Assembly (NCBI GenBank): GCA_002269645.1
Contig: NIVC01003312.1
Coordinates: 40,522 to 104,521, forward strand
Source of the DNA: Macrostomum lignano
Lineage: Eukaryota
Reading direction: 5' to 3'
DNA: 64,000 nt
In this document: one piece after another, positions 47,201-59,500 of the stretch
Layout: every line of letters begins with the position of its first letter
Numbering within the stretch: position 1 is the stretch's first letter
Made by a program: the position numbers and the translations under genes
The notes under the pieces: model-generated
The model's database searches: none
What the model was told of the DNA's origin: nothing
What the model saw: only the letters and a program-made list of their open reading frames with translations

Positions 47201-49369
47201 ACAAGCGCGTGACCGCCCGACCCCCAGCGGCATCAGCTGTTGCGGCAGGATCTGTCCCCAGTCCCTGAGCCGCCCGCTTTCGCAGATCCTGTCATCAATT
47301 TTTATTGCACTGTGTAGATCTGTTGAGCTCCTCATGCGCTTCCATTGACACTGTCACGATTGCGCCTCTCCCAGCCGATTGAGAGAGGGGGAATCAGTTA
47401 ATAAAGCGCCAAGCAGCTGTCAGAGCTACGGCTTCTAGTAGCAGATCTCTAATGATCTTTGCCCCGAGAAAAGCAGCCTATCTACTTCCGCCGCTTCTGC
47501 TGTAATTGGATGCACTGCTTGCTTGCCTAGAAGAGCAATATTGTCAGTGATTTGGATTAACACGGGACAATTGTTGCATAGGCTAAATTCGTGAGGCAAA
47601 GTCTCAAGCAGCTTAATCCGAGGCCTGTCTAATTGAATGGCTACAAGATGATTAATTTTGATTAAACCAGAGGTTTAATTGGCATGGAATTTGGCTGGGG
47701 GAAATCTTGTTTATCTTGCTAAAATGCTTCAGTTGTCTAGGCAGGGCAGGATGAAAGTGCTCGTGCACTTCTATTAGATAAATGCAGCGAATAATTGGCT
47801 TTTTGAATTTCACCATACATGTAGTGATGTAGGAAGGCAAACAGGATGTTCAGGGAGCTCGAAAGCTAGCATCTGGACTGGATTTTTTAAAAGAAAATCG
47901 ACTACAGCGTCCATCTACAATTCAGTCCGTGTGTTTGACAGGCCGAAATTTTCGGAAAGCCCACAAATAAGGACCACTAATCTAGCAGACAGAAGCTTGA
48001 GCCATCAGTTCCGGCCAGTGCTTTGAGATGCCAATCCCTGAGAGCATTCCCCCTCAATTGATACGGTTTCTTCTGTCCACTCCTATTTGCTTGTTTATGG
48101 CTTGATGCCAAGTCAAGCCAAGCTCCTCACTGTGGACAGGTTTCCCACCGGACACTGCGGCCAATATATTTCAAATGCATAAAATTATCATACGAATAGC
48201 AGCTATGGACCCATTATTTCAGCCTGGATTAGAGTACTTACAATTCTCGCACATTGCTCATAGTTTCAATCGAACTGCGCACCTCGGTTGAATCGATATT
48301 GATATGCCTCTACTTGGTATTAAGTTCAGTAAGAGCTTCTGTACATTTATTAAAGCGCTCAGAACTTTATGTTTGCTCCGCTGTAGCTAAATATGACAGT
48401 ACTACTTACTACTCATATTGAAGTAGTATAATTGGCGTGTGTATTAAGTAGTTGAGTTCTAAGGACCAAGTTATCAAAGACGAATCACAAGAGTGAGAAT
48501 CTAAGGACCCGGTTCTCAAGGACGAATCACAGGGGCGAGGATCTAAGGGGCCCATTTTTAGGAAAGATAAATAATTATCCAGTTTATCAGTTTAGGAAAA
48601 CCAGAAGCTCGAGGTACAATTCACTAAATAATTTAGTTCTTCTCTTTAAAGCAAAAGCGCAGCGCAGAGAGCTGCTAGAGAAACTAAAAGTGTTTCAATA
48701 TTTTTGTTGTTTATTGCAAATTAACTGTCGAAGGAAAATGAGAACAGGGAGTTACAACGGAATGCTCTAATACTGAGGATGCAAGCAGGTTCAAGCGGTA
48801 ATTTCGGCTCATGCTATGCAAAGAAAGTTGCATAATAGTCGCCGCCGCAGACAGACAAATAAAACCGATTATTCACGCGTGTATAATTATTGTCGTTATA
48901 AATATATGAAGGTAAAAACTATTAGCGACAAAAGCATCGCTAATACTAACAGTAGTAAGATTGCGGACAACACAAAGACTTCCAATATATAGATTATAAA
49001 GATAATGTGTATATATAAACACAACACAATATAGAATGTGAATTAGCAGGAAAACAAATGCTTATTGTACAAATGTAACCTATAGCTAAAATACGACAAT
49101 GTCTACTGGCGAGTAGAGGGAAATGATAATAATGATGATAAGCAATCGACATTCTAAGAAAGTTCAGCCTTGGTAATAAAAATATCAGATAAAAATCGTT
49201 TCAGGGCCTTTCCGACTGTAAAGTTTTTCTCCGGCCAGCAACTAAAAACTACAGGTTTTTTAGCAGGCAATCTGTGCAGCAAATTAAAAAGCCATCATGA
49301 CAGTGCGGCCCATTAAAACAAAATTTTATTTACAAAACAATTATATAATATGCTTTGAGGATTTAGACG

Positions 49370-50120
49370 CAAAGGGCGGATTTTAGGGGAGCGGATTGTA
49401 GAGGGCGGATTCTTGGGGGAGCGGATTATAGAGGGCGGATTTTTGGGGGAGCGAATTGTAGAGGGAGGATTTTTGGGGAGCGGATTGTAGGGGCGGATTT
49501 TTGGGGGAGCGGATTGTAGAGGGCGGATTTTTGGGGTAGCGGATTGTAGGGGGCGGATTTTTGGGGGAGCGGATTGTAGGGGCGGATTTTTAGGGGAGCG
49601 GATTGTAGGGGCGGATTTTTGGGGGAGCGGATTGTTGGGGCGGATTTTTGGGGGAGCGGATTGTAGGGGCGGATTTTTGGGGGAGCGGATTGTAGGGGCG
49701 GACTTTTGGGTGAGCGGATTGTAGAGGGCGGATTTTTGGGGGAGCGGATTGTAGGGGCGGATTTTTGGGGAGCGGATTGTAGGGGCGGATTTTTGGGGGA
49801 GCGGATTGTAGGGGGCGGATTTTGGGGGGAGCGGATCATAGAGGGCGGATTTTTGGGGGAGCGGATTGTAGGGGGCGGTTTTTTGGGGGAGCGGATTGTA
49901 GGGGCGGATTTTTGGGGAAGCGGATTGTAGGGGCGGACTTTTGGGGGAGCGGATTGTAGGGGCGGATTTTTGGGGAGCGGATTGTAGGGGCGGACTTTTG
50001 GGGGAGCGGATTGTAGGGGCGGATTTTTGGGGGAGCGGATTGTAGGGGCGGATTTTTGGGGGAGCGGATTGTAGGGGGCGGATTTTTGGGGGAGCGGATT
50101 GTAGAGGCGGATTTTGGGCA
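49370..50120. repeat. About 29-31-bp G-rich minisatellite (GGGGGAGCGGATTGTAGGGGCGGATTTTT)
   Basis: Direct reading. Confidence 0.94.
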
Positions 50121-50599
50121 GAGTGTCTCATCATTACAGATGCAAAAGTTTTGGGCGCAGACTAAGTGAAATTTAAGTCTAGATTAAACGAGATTTGTAG
50201 CATGCAAAACAGAGTTCAACTGAAGAGAGTTGAAGCAATAATACACATTAATATGCTTGTAAATTTCAATTTAACATCAGAAGCAGCAATAATAAAAAGA
50301 TTGCTAAAGTGAAACGAGCTGGCAGCCGAAACAAAACAGACTTGCAGACAACAGAAAATTGTGTTCTGAGACACTTCCATTCTAAACCAATGCGTACTTA
50401 AATACTGAATAACAAGCCAAGGAGCCGTTAAGTATTTTTGAAGGCCGATTTTGCAGTGACAGCATATTTGCTTCTGGCTGATCTTTGACATCAACTAGAG
50501 AGTGACAGCTCAGTCAATTTCTGAGCGAATGCTCGATTGATGGCGTGAACAGAGGATAATAAGTGGTCTAATGATAGTCTGTTGTCTTATAACTCACTG

Positions 50600-50965
50600 C
50601 TTATCCCTCAGTGACTCCGGACTTATCCCTCAGTGACTCTCAGTGCTTATCCCTCAGTAACTGACTCTCAGTGCTTATCCCTCAGTGACTCTCGGTGCTT
50701 ATCCCTCAGTGATTCTCAGTGCTTATCCCTCAGTAACTGACTCTCAGTGCTTATCCCTCAGTGACTCTCGGTGCTTATCCCTCAGTGATTCTCAGTGCTT
50801 ATCCCTCAGTGACTGACTCTCAGTGCCTATCCCTCAGTGACTCTCAATGCTTATCCCTCAGTGACTCTCACTGCTTATCCCTCAGTGACTCTGAAGGCTA
50901 CAACTCAGTGACTCTTAGTGCTCAGCCCATAGTGACTCTCAGTGCTACCCCTCAGTGACTCTCAG
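50600..50965. repeat. 24-bp minisatellite (CAGTGACTCTCAGTGCTTATCCCT) downstream of the CEPT stop codon
   Basis: Same family as 51633-52335. Confidence 0.92.
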
Positions 50966-51129
50966 TGTTCAGCGTCAGCTTCAGTGAGACTGGGATCTCT
51001 AGAGCACCAGAGGCTACTACTCCCCTCCGCACCTGCGTCCTATCTCATCAATAAAAAGTCGGCCTCCAAACCAGACTCAACAGCTAGTGGTCCTTGGAAT
51101 CGCCCGATAACAAGCGGACAAAGCGTTAT

Positions 51130-54100
51130 TTAAGAAATTCGCAGCACTTGAACGCCCAGATAAGCTGCAATCTGGCGGCACACACGGCCAGAATATACGG
51201 CGCAGTCAGCAGCCGCGGCGACCGACACCCCCCAGCCGACTTGGCCTTCGGTCAGGCCGAGCCACCGATGACCGACGCCGATGCCAACTGCCAGCAGGGC
51301 CGGCCAGACTAGGCAGAGGTCCAGAGTTCGAATCGATGACCGGGTCATCTGGGCTATGATCAATCGTTGGCAAGTTTTCACAGCCGGGGCGCCCAGAGCG
51401 AATGCCAGCAGGCAGGGGTGGCGATGCAGCGCGCCGGTGGAGACCGCGGCGCCGGCGGCAGCTGCCGACAAAAGTGACAGGGCCAGCCAGGCCAGGCCGG
51501 GCCCGAGGCGCCCGCTGCCGGCTACGCTGAGACCGCCGGGCGTCGCCACGGAGACGGTCAGGCGGCACACAAGAGGAGCCGAGGCCAGGACGGTGGAGAT
51601 CGGCTGGAGAAATGGGGAATTGAATGTGAACTCTGTGACTCTCAGTGCTTATCCCTGTGACTCTCAGTGCTTATCCCTGTGACTCTCAGTGCTTATCCCT
51701 GTGACTCTCAGTGCTTATCCCTGTGACTCTCAGTGCTTATCCCTGTGACTCTTAGTGCTTATCCCTGTGACTCTCAGTGCTTATCCCTGTGACTCTCAGT
51801 GCTTATCCCTCAGTGCTTATCCCTGTGACTCTCAGTGCTTATCCTTCAGTGCTTATCCCTGTGACTCTTAGTGCTTATCCCTGTGACTCTCAGTGCTTAT
51901 CCCTCAGTGCTTATCCCATCCCTAAGTGACTCTCATGCTTATATTTGTGACTCTTAGTGCTTATCCCATCCCTAAGTGACTCTCATGCTTATATTTGTGA
52001 CTCTTAGTGCTTATCCCTCAGTGACTCTCAGTGCTTATCTCTGACTCTCAGTGCTTATCCTTCAGCGACTCTCAGTGCTTATCCTTCAGCGACTCTCACT
52101 GCTTATCCCTCAGTGACTCTCAGTGCTTATCCCCGCGACTCTCAGTGCTTATACCTCAGTGACTCTCAGTGCTTATCTCTGACTCTCAGTGCTTATCCTT
52201 CAGCGACTCTCAGTGCTTATCCCCGCGACTCTCAGTGCTTATACCTCAGTGACTCTCAGTGCTTATCTCTGACTCTCAGTGCTTATCCTTCAGCGACTCT
52301 CAGTGCTTATCCCTGACTCTCAGCACGTATCCCTCAGTGAACTGGAGCTTAGCCCTAAATTAGCCACTCACTGCTGCTGTCTATTTAGCTGTGCACTAAC
52401 CGCAGCCAACTCTGCTTAACCAGCCCAATCCAAGACCCGCGCTAACCAGGCAGTGCCGGACCCGCAGCCAAGGCAGGCCAGCCGCCGGCTGCAAGTCCCA
52501 AACGCCGACGCCAGCGAATGCAGTGGCCAAAAAGACGGCCATGGCAGCCGCTTGAGCTTCGGTGACGTCAACAAAGCCGAATTGCAGGCGGCCGCTGTTA
52601 TAGCCGAGCCAGTGGGCGGCGTAGAACACAGTCTGGGCGGCGCCGATCATGAATAGCAACAGGTGGGGCTCCTCGCCGAAGCCCGCGGCAATGCAGACGC
52701 ACAGGCACAGCAGCAGGGTGTTGGCCGCGTCGCAGCCGTGATCGAACAGCTCGCCTAAGGGGCTGGCCGTGCCCGTTCTGCGATTAGTGAAGGGGGGGGC
52801 AAAAGGTGAGGTCTTTAGCTTCCTTGGGATAGGGGTATTTAAACTCATTAGGATCTGATTGTCTAGAGGCTCATAGAGACCGGGATCTTCAGACTCCTGA
52901 GCATCATTGAAACTCTGAGACCCTCCAAAAAAAGTCTAAAGAGCTGCAAGGAGGCTAGATCTACAGACACAAAAGAGTCTCAATAATACTGGGATCTACA
53001 GACACAAAAGAGCCTCAACAATAATGGGATCTACAGACACAAAAGAGTCTCAATAATACTGGGATCTACAGACACAAAAGAGCCTCAACAATAATGGGAT
53101 CTACAGACACAAGAGTCTCAATAATACTGGGATCTACAGGCACAAAAGAGCCTCAATAATAATGGGATCTACAGACACAAGTGCCTAAAAAATAATGGCA
53201 AAAGAGTCTCAACAATGATGGGATCTACAGACACAAAAGAGTCTCAATAATACTGGGATCTACAGACACAAAAGAGTCTCAATAATACTGGGATCTACAG
53301 ACACAAAAGAGCCTCAACAATAATGGGATCTACAGACACAAAAGAGCCTCAACAATAATGGGATCTACAGACACAAGAGTCTCAATAATACTGGGATCTA
53401 CAGGCACAAAAGAGCCTCAATAATAATGGGATCTACAGACACAAGTGCCTAAAAAATAATGGCAAAAGAGTCTCAACAATGATGGGATCTACAGACACAA
53501 AAGAGTCTCAATAATACTGGGATCTACAGACACAAAAGAGTCTCAATAATACTGGGATCTACAGACACAAAAGAGCCTCAACAATAATGGGATCTACAGA
53601 CACAAAATAGCCTCAACAATAATGGGATCTACAGACACAAAAGAGTCTCAATAATACTGGGATCTACAGACACAAAAGAGCCTCAACAATAATGGGATCT
53701 ACAGACACAAAAGAGTCTCAATAATACTGGGATCTACAGACACAAAAGAGCCTCAACAATAATGGGATCTACAGACACAAGAGTCTCAATAATACTGGGA
53801 TCTACAGGCACAAAAGAGCCTCAATAATAATGGGATCTACAGACACAAGAGCCTAAAAAATAATGGCAAAAGAGTCTCAATAATAATGGGATCTACAGAC
53901 ACAAAAGAGCCTCAAAAATACTGGGATCTACAGACACAAAAGAGCCTCAAAAATACTGGGATCTGCAGACACAAAAGAGCTATAATGACACTTGGATCTG
54001 CAGACAGAAAAAAGCTACGAGACTGGGATCTACAGACACACAAAGCCTCAAAAATACTGGGATCTACAGACACACAAAGCCTCAAAATACTGGGATCTAC

Positions 54101-54533
54101 AGACACACAAAGCCTCAATAATACTGGGATCTACAGACACACAAAGCCTCAATAATACTGGGATCTACAAAGCCTTGAAAGCCACTCACCTCCGCGCCTG
54201 TTTCCCATCGAGAGCGTCAAGAGTCTGATAGCTGAACAGGGCGACAGCGGCATAGAGGCACAGCCAGGCCGGTGGATTCTGCCTGGCATCTGGGCAGAGC
54301 CACAGCATGAGGCCGGCACTGCTGGCATTGAAGGCCAAACCAGTCAGGGTCAGCGCATTGGGGGCGGCCCGCATGGGCACCAGGCAGAGCAGGCGACGCC
54401 AAAGTGGCTGCATGACAATCTCCAGCAGGGAACTGCCGCAGGCATTGTACTTGTGCTGGGCGAGACGGCGAAGCTGACGCTCAATCAGTGGACCAGCAAT
54501 GAAACAACGAGAAGGTGATGAAGGCGAAGGCAT
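51130..54533 (-). CDS. CEPT1: Choline/ethanolamine phosphotransferase (CEPT1/CHPT1 family), 382 aa; exons 54533-54190, 52777-52447, 51603-51130
   Basis: HKY, APNALT, QTLDALDGKQAR|RTGTASPLGELFDHGCD (CDP-alcohol phosphotransferase motif), HPCL. Phases 2 and 0; total 1149 nt. The exon 2 donor (ctg|gttagc) was chosen for phase and alignment consistency. Confidence 0.9.
51633..52335. repeat. 22-24-bp minisatellite (GTGACTCTCAGTGCTTATCCCT) in CEPT intron 2
   Basis: Direct reading. Confidence 0.94.
52960..54170. repeat. About 33-bp minisatellite (CTGGGATCTACAGACACAAAAGAGTCTCAATAATA) in CEPT intron 1
   Basis: A variant block (GTGCCTAAAAAATAATGGC) recurs at about 53181 and 53445. Confidence 0.94.
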
Positions 54534-56599
54534 TTTTGTCTACTTGTGCTGCAGACAATACTTCGCTTTAAATTTGCCTCAAGCAGTGGGGTGGAGAGGC
54601 CACTGAAAAATACACAAAGTATATTTTAGCTGACTGCTCTAACAACACACTTCAACTCGTTTTTTAGAACTGTCAGTTCTAATAAAGAATTTTGTCACTG
54701 TTTAAAACCAATCCAAGGTAAAAAAATAACTTTTTGTGATCTGTTACTTTAATTTCAATTTTCAATAGAAATATGCAAGTTTACATTTGATTAATTATAC
54801 ATTGTATAATAAAATTAAGTAGAGTGAAATATTAGCCCAACTTTTTTAAGTTTAAAGTTTTAACAACTAGATAAAATATTATCACAAGGCACAATGCAAA
54901 TATTTGTATTAAAATTTTATTTTTATACTACATTTTATTTTAAAATATATCATTTGAAACCTAACTTGGACAAAGTTTAAAAATAAAATAACTAAAAAAA
55001 AAAATTACAAAATGTCTTAAATGATAATTAAAAAAATTAAAATTTAAAAAATTTCTTCATATAAAAAATGATTGGTAACTTAATAATTTGAAAAACAAAA
55101 TAGTGACCTACATTATAAAAAATATTATTTTCTATTTATATGTAGGCCTACATGTATATTTATAATACAATTGTATGCAGCTATTTATTTAAATCAATTT
55201 CATTTTAAATGTATTTTATATCTAAAACCCTATATATTTAATCTGCTTGATTTAATATATAAAATCATATTTTCGCTTTTTATTTATATTTTGCCATTTT
55301 TAATAAAAATTATCATTGAAAAGTACTATAGTCATTACCTATATAAAGTTAAACTATTAGAATTGTTAATCAATATAATAGGCTTAGACTCAATTTTAAA
55401 TTCTATAAAAACTTGAATAGCTTTATTTTTCAATGCTTTCTTATAGTTATAGGTCTATTTATAAATTATATTTATTATAAGATATTGTCCAATAAAACTA
55501 CTTTCAATTTTCAAAGCACTAAGTTTCAAAGTAAAAAATCGCCTAGGATTATGCCTAAGATGCTAGGGTAGGCCCCTATTATTGAATGAATGACCTACAT
55601 AACTTTTGCCAATAGTTTTTCAAACACATCTTCTAACACTATTTTAGGCCTACAACAATTAAAATTCCATAAAAAGTTTCTAAAAATGCTATGCTATATA
55701 TAATATAGCTAATATAATTAAATAATAAATTAGAATAATACATATGATATTTTAAATACTAACAGGCATGAATACTAAAATAAATTTAATAAACTAATAT
55801 CCAAAAAAGTGCATCATGAAAGAATATCTAGATATAACTACTATGCTTATTAATATATAACTAAGCTTAGTAAAATATCACAATTGACATGACATCAAAT
55901 AATAATTAAGAAAGGGTATGACTCATGAGAGCTGATAAGGTTTAATCAATGAATAAAACCAGCGAGATATTCGTTTTATAAGCTAGGTATAAAAGGCCAA
56001 CAGCTAGATGCGTTCGATCTTATTACTACTCCGCGGTCGCCAGCAATAGCTCTAGCAATAGATTTTTAAAACTTGTTGTGCCACTTCCAAAATGAGTGGC
56101 TTTTATTTAAACATACTCTTTTTTGCCACCAGAGATGGTCCAAAAGCGTTTTTTCTTGTCGCCAGAGTCAACGAAAACTGTTACTTCTATTCTGTAGCTT
56201 TTGCCGGCGACCACAGAGTACTCTATTCAGATAAGTTCTGCGCTCGGCCTAGAAGAAGCTTATAGCGTATTTAGGTAAGGAAAATAATAGTTGTCAAGAG
56301 CAATCAGATGATTATGTCAAGAGGCAGTGTATGTTTTCATAAATCAGTATTTTTAATTTAATTACTTAATTGTTTTAATAGAAGGTTTATTCAGCACATG
56401 TTTGTTCGATAAAATTATTTTTAGATTTTCTTTTGATTTACTGACTGCTGTCATGGCGTTGTTATAGATATTTGAAGTTATTCAAAACTGCGTAACCGAA
56501 AAAATTTGGACCTGATACTTTACTTTTTTGTCGCAATTTATGAAGAAATTGTGACGCACTGACAGTAGAAGTTTCACCTTCCTACAGCAAGAGTGAAAC

Positions 56600-59500
56600 A
56601 TGGCGAGTGAACTGGAAATAGAAGACAAGCGTGTCTTCTTCCTCGCCGATTATGTGTTGAAGACACTGCGTATGCCAAAGGGAGACCGCTGGCAGAAAAT
56701 GTATCAACTAGAGGACCAGCGCATCATCATTCACGACTTTCTGGATAAGAACGACAATATGCAGCTTTTTATCGTTGCAACTCCATCTGGAGGTCTACAA
56801 GCGCAGTACAACACCCCAAACCTCCTGAAGTCAAAAGGCTGCTTCTTTTTTCGAAAGGGAAAAGAGGCGATCGGAAAGGACACCCAGTTGGCCAAAGTCC
56901 TCACATATGGAGACTTGTCATACAACCCGCTCGACCAGTTTGCTGGTTTTGTTGATGAGGTAAGATGAAATTGTTATATTATATGGACATTTTTGATACA
57001 AGCCTGTTGTTACAAGCTGAGGCTCTCAGAAATTCAAGGATGAAAACTAGTATTTTCTCAAAAATTCCTATTATAGGTTCTCCTCCCGGTGCTGTCAAAC
57101 GAGAAGAACAATGGAGCATGGCCCTACGTGGTCTCACAAGACATTATAAAGCAGATCCACCAACTGAAGCAGCACACTGAAGTGATTCTAGGCCACTCTC
57201 AGGGCAAGACGCACCTTCCAATGCCTGTTGGAGGCGAGAAGATCGACGAAGAGAACGAAAAACTAAAGCAATCCAGCCCGCCGGCTGGAGAAGGAGATGC
57301 AGAAGCGGAGGCGGAGATCGAACAAGGGTACGCTTGTGTTACAGATAAATGACAATACAGTACAAGTGTTGTACCCAGTGTATGTATCGAATAAGACAGT
57401 TTCTCATACGAGCAGACCACGCTAATAAGCCATATGCCAACAACATTTACAGAATGCCGAAGGCCACTCCTGACATTGACTGGAGCCTGGTCTATGCAAT
57501 CGAGACTGTGGTGATCGACTGGACGCACCAGATCCACGAGATCCTGAAGAAGGACTCCGCGCAGGAACTACTAGAGGGAAAGAATCCCTTGCCGGCCACG
57601 GAGATTAGTTTCTGGAGCAGGAAGTCTTCAAATCTGGAGTACGTGTACGAGCAGGTAAACAAATCTCAACTTTAGCTTGCTACCTTGCTACTCTTGACCG
57701 CAGCTCTCAATGCCTTAGAATGCTTTTTGAGCTTTTAAAAATCCATCTTCAATGATTAAAATATTGAAACATTTTTCATTCTCAGCTGACAAGCAGCAAA
57801 GTGCAGAAGATGGGCCACATCCTGGAGGCCGTCAACAGCTCGTACTCGCCGCCGTTCAAAGACATGTTTCGCAGCGTGGTTGCGTCCCTGCACGAAGCTC
57901 AGGACATCAGCTTGCATCTGAAGCCGCTGAACGACTTCCTTTCCGACCTGGAACAGGCTGAGTTCGACGAATGCCAGAAGCAGATCGGCCCCGTGTTCCA
58001 TGTTTTGTGCCTCATCTGGGCGAACAGCAAGTACTACCGCGTGCCCGCCAGGATCATTGTCCTGCTGCAGGAGATCTGCAACCTGTTCATCAAGATGGTA
58101 AGCTTTATTTAAATTTGTACATGGCGATGTTTCACTTCTGGGGCCTTGTAATTAGACTGAATTGACTCATTAACGACTCAAATTCCAGTGCCGCGACTTC
58201 CTTGACCCGAACGAAGTCTTCAAAGGCGAAGTCGAAGAGACTGTGGTCAGAGTGAAGAAAGCCCTGACAATCCTGCACACCTTCAAGAGCACATTCGAAG
58301 AGTACAGGGGAAAAGTGAAAGAATACTTCAAGGAAGGCGAGCCAATGGAGTGGGACTTTGCCAACACCCTGGTCTTTGCGCGCTATGACGCTTTTGTAGA
58401 GCGCGTATCCATGGTAGCCGACATCATGGACACGGCGGTCGAGTTCTCAAGCTCGAGAAGGTTGAATACGGCGGCATGAAGGGCCGAGGCCTCAGCAAAC
58501 TCACTATGGACATCTTCGAGGAGTTCAACAACCACTACAAGGTTTTTAGCGACAAGAGCTACGACGTCCTGGACCCGCTGAACAAGGAGTTCATGGACGA
58601 CTACAATTACTTCCACCAGCAGATTGAAGACATTGACAGGCGCCTGGCCTCCATCGTGTGCCAGGCGTTCGACGACTGCTCGGGACCCGAGTCTGCATTC
58701 AGGGTGAGCCGTCCGAGAATACTGGTTTTTTAAATGCTGCTTTTACTGATTAATTGTATCGTTCATTTAGGGCACGACACGCGGTAATTCTTGTACGCTC
58801 GTTAAATATTTCACCGGATGATTTCTCATCGATTAATCAATTTTCAGCTCATCGACATTCTCTCGACGCTGGTGGAACGGCCGCTAATCAAAGCGGAATT
58901 CGACCAGAAGTACCCGCTGCTGATCAAGATGCTGGACAGGGAGATGGACAACGCCAAAGAGATCTACGACGATCAGATGAAGCGCATCGAGGAGACCAGC
59001 TTCGCCATGGTGCACAAGAATGTGCCTCAGGTGACTGGCAGGCTGAAGTGGGCCGGGGAGCTGCGACAGCGTATTACTGTGCCCATGGACAACTTGAAGC
59101 ACGTTGAGCATCCGTGAGTATAGACTCTTCTGTTTGCTTTGTTTAAATGAAGATACAGCCAGCGAAATTCTAATATGAGATGAATATGGAATTTAAAAAC
59201 TTGCACAGGAACTGCAAGTGCGACTACGTTAAGTAAGATCGGCTGCGAGTCAGAAACAAATTTTTCTAGAGTATCCGCTTTCTATGTTGCCCGATTTATT
59301 AATTTGAACTCCTTCCTCAAGCTTTGAGCCCATCATTCTCAGTGCCACTCTCTCTCCTGAATTTTTTTGTTTATCCACTTCAGTTTTTTTCCTTAATTAT
59401 AGCGATTCGAAATGACGGGTGCGGAACTGACTGTGGCTCAGTTGCTATGCAATCAGCGATGCACTCGTGGGTCTGGACAAGTGACTTTTTGCTTTCGCGA

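Noticed and set aside
52396-52446. Longer CEPT exon 2 using the donor at 52400
   Set aside because: Gives phase 1, incompatible with the phase-0 acceptor at 51604; the donor at 52446 restores the alignment.
1-54170. CRISPR-like arrays
   Set aside because: Repeats are head-to-tail with no unique spacers, there are no cas genes, and the context is eukaryotic.
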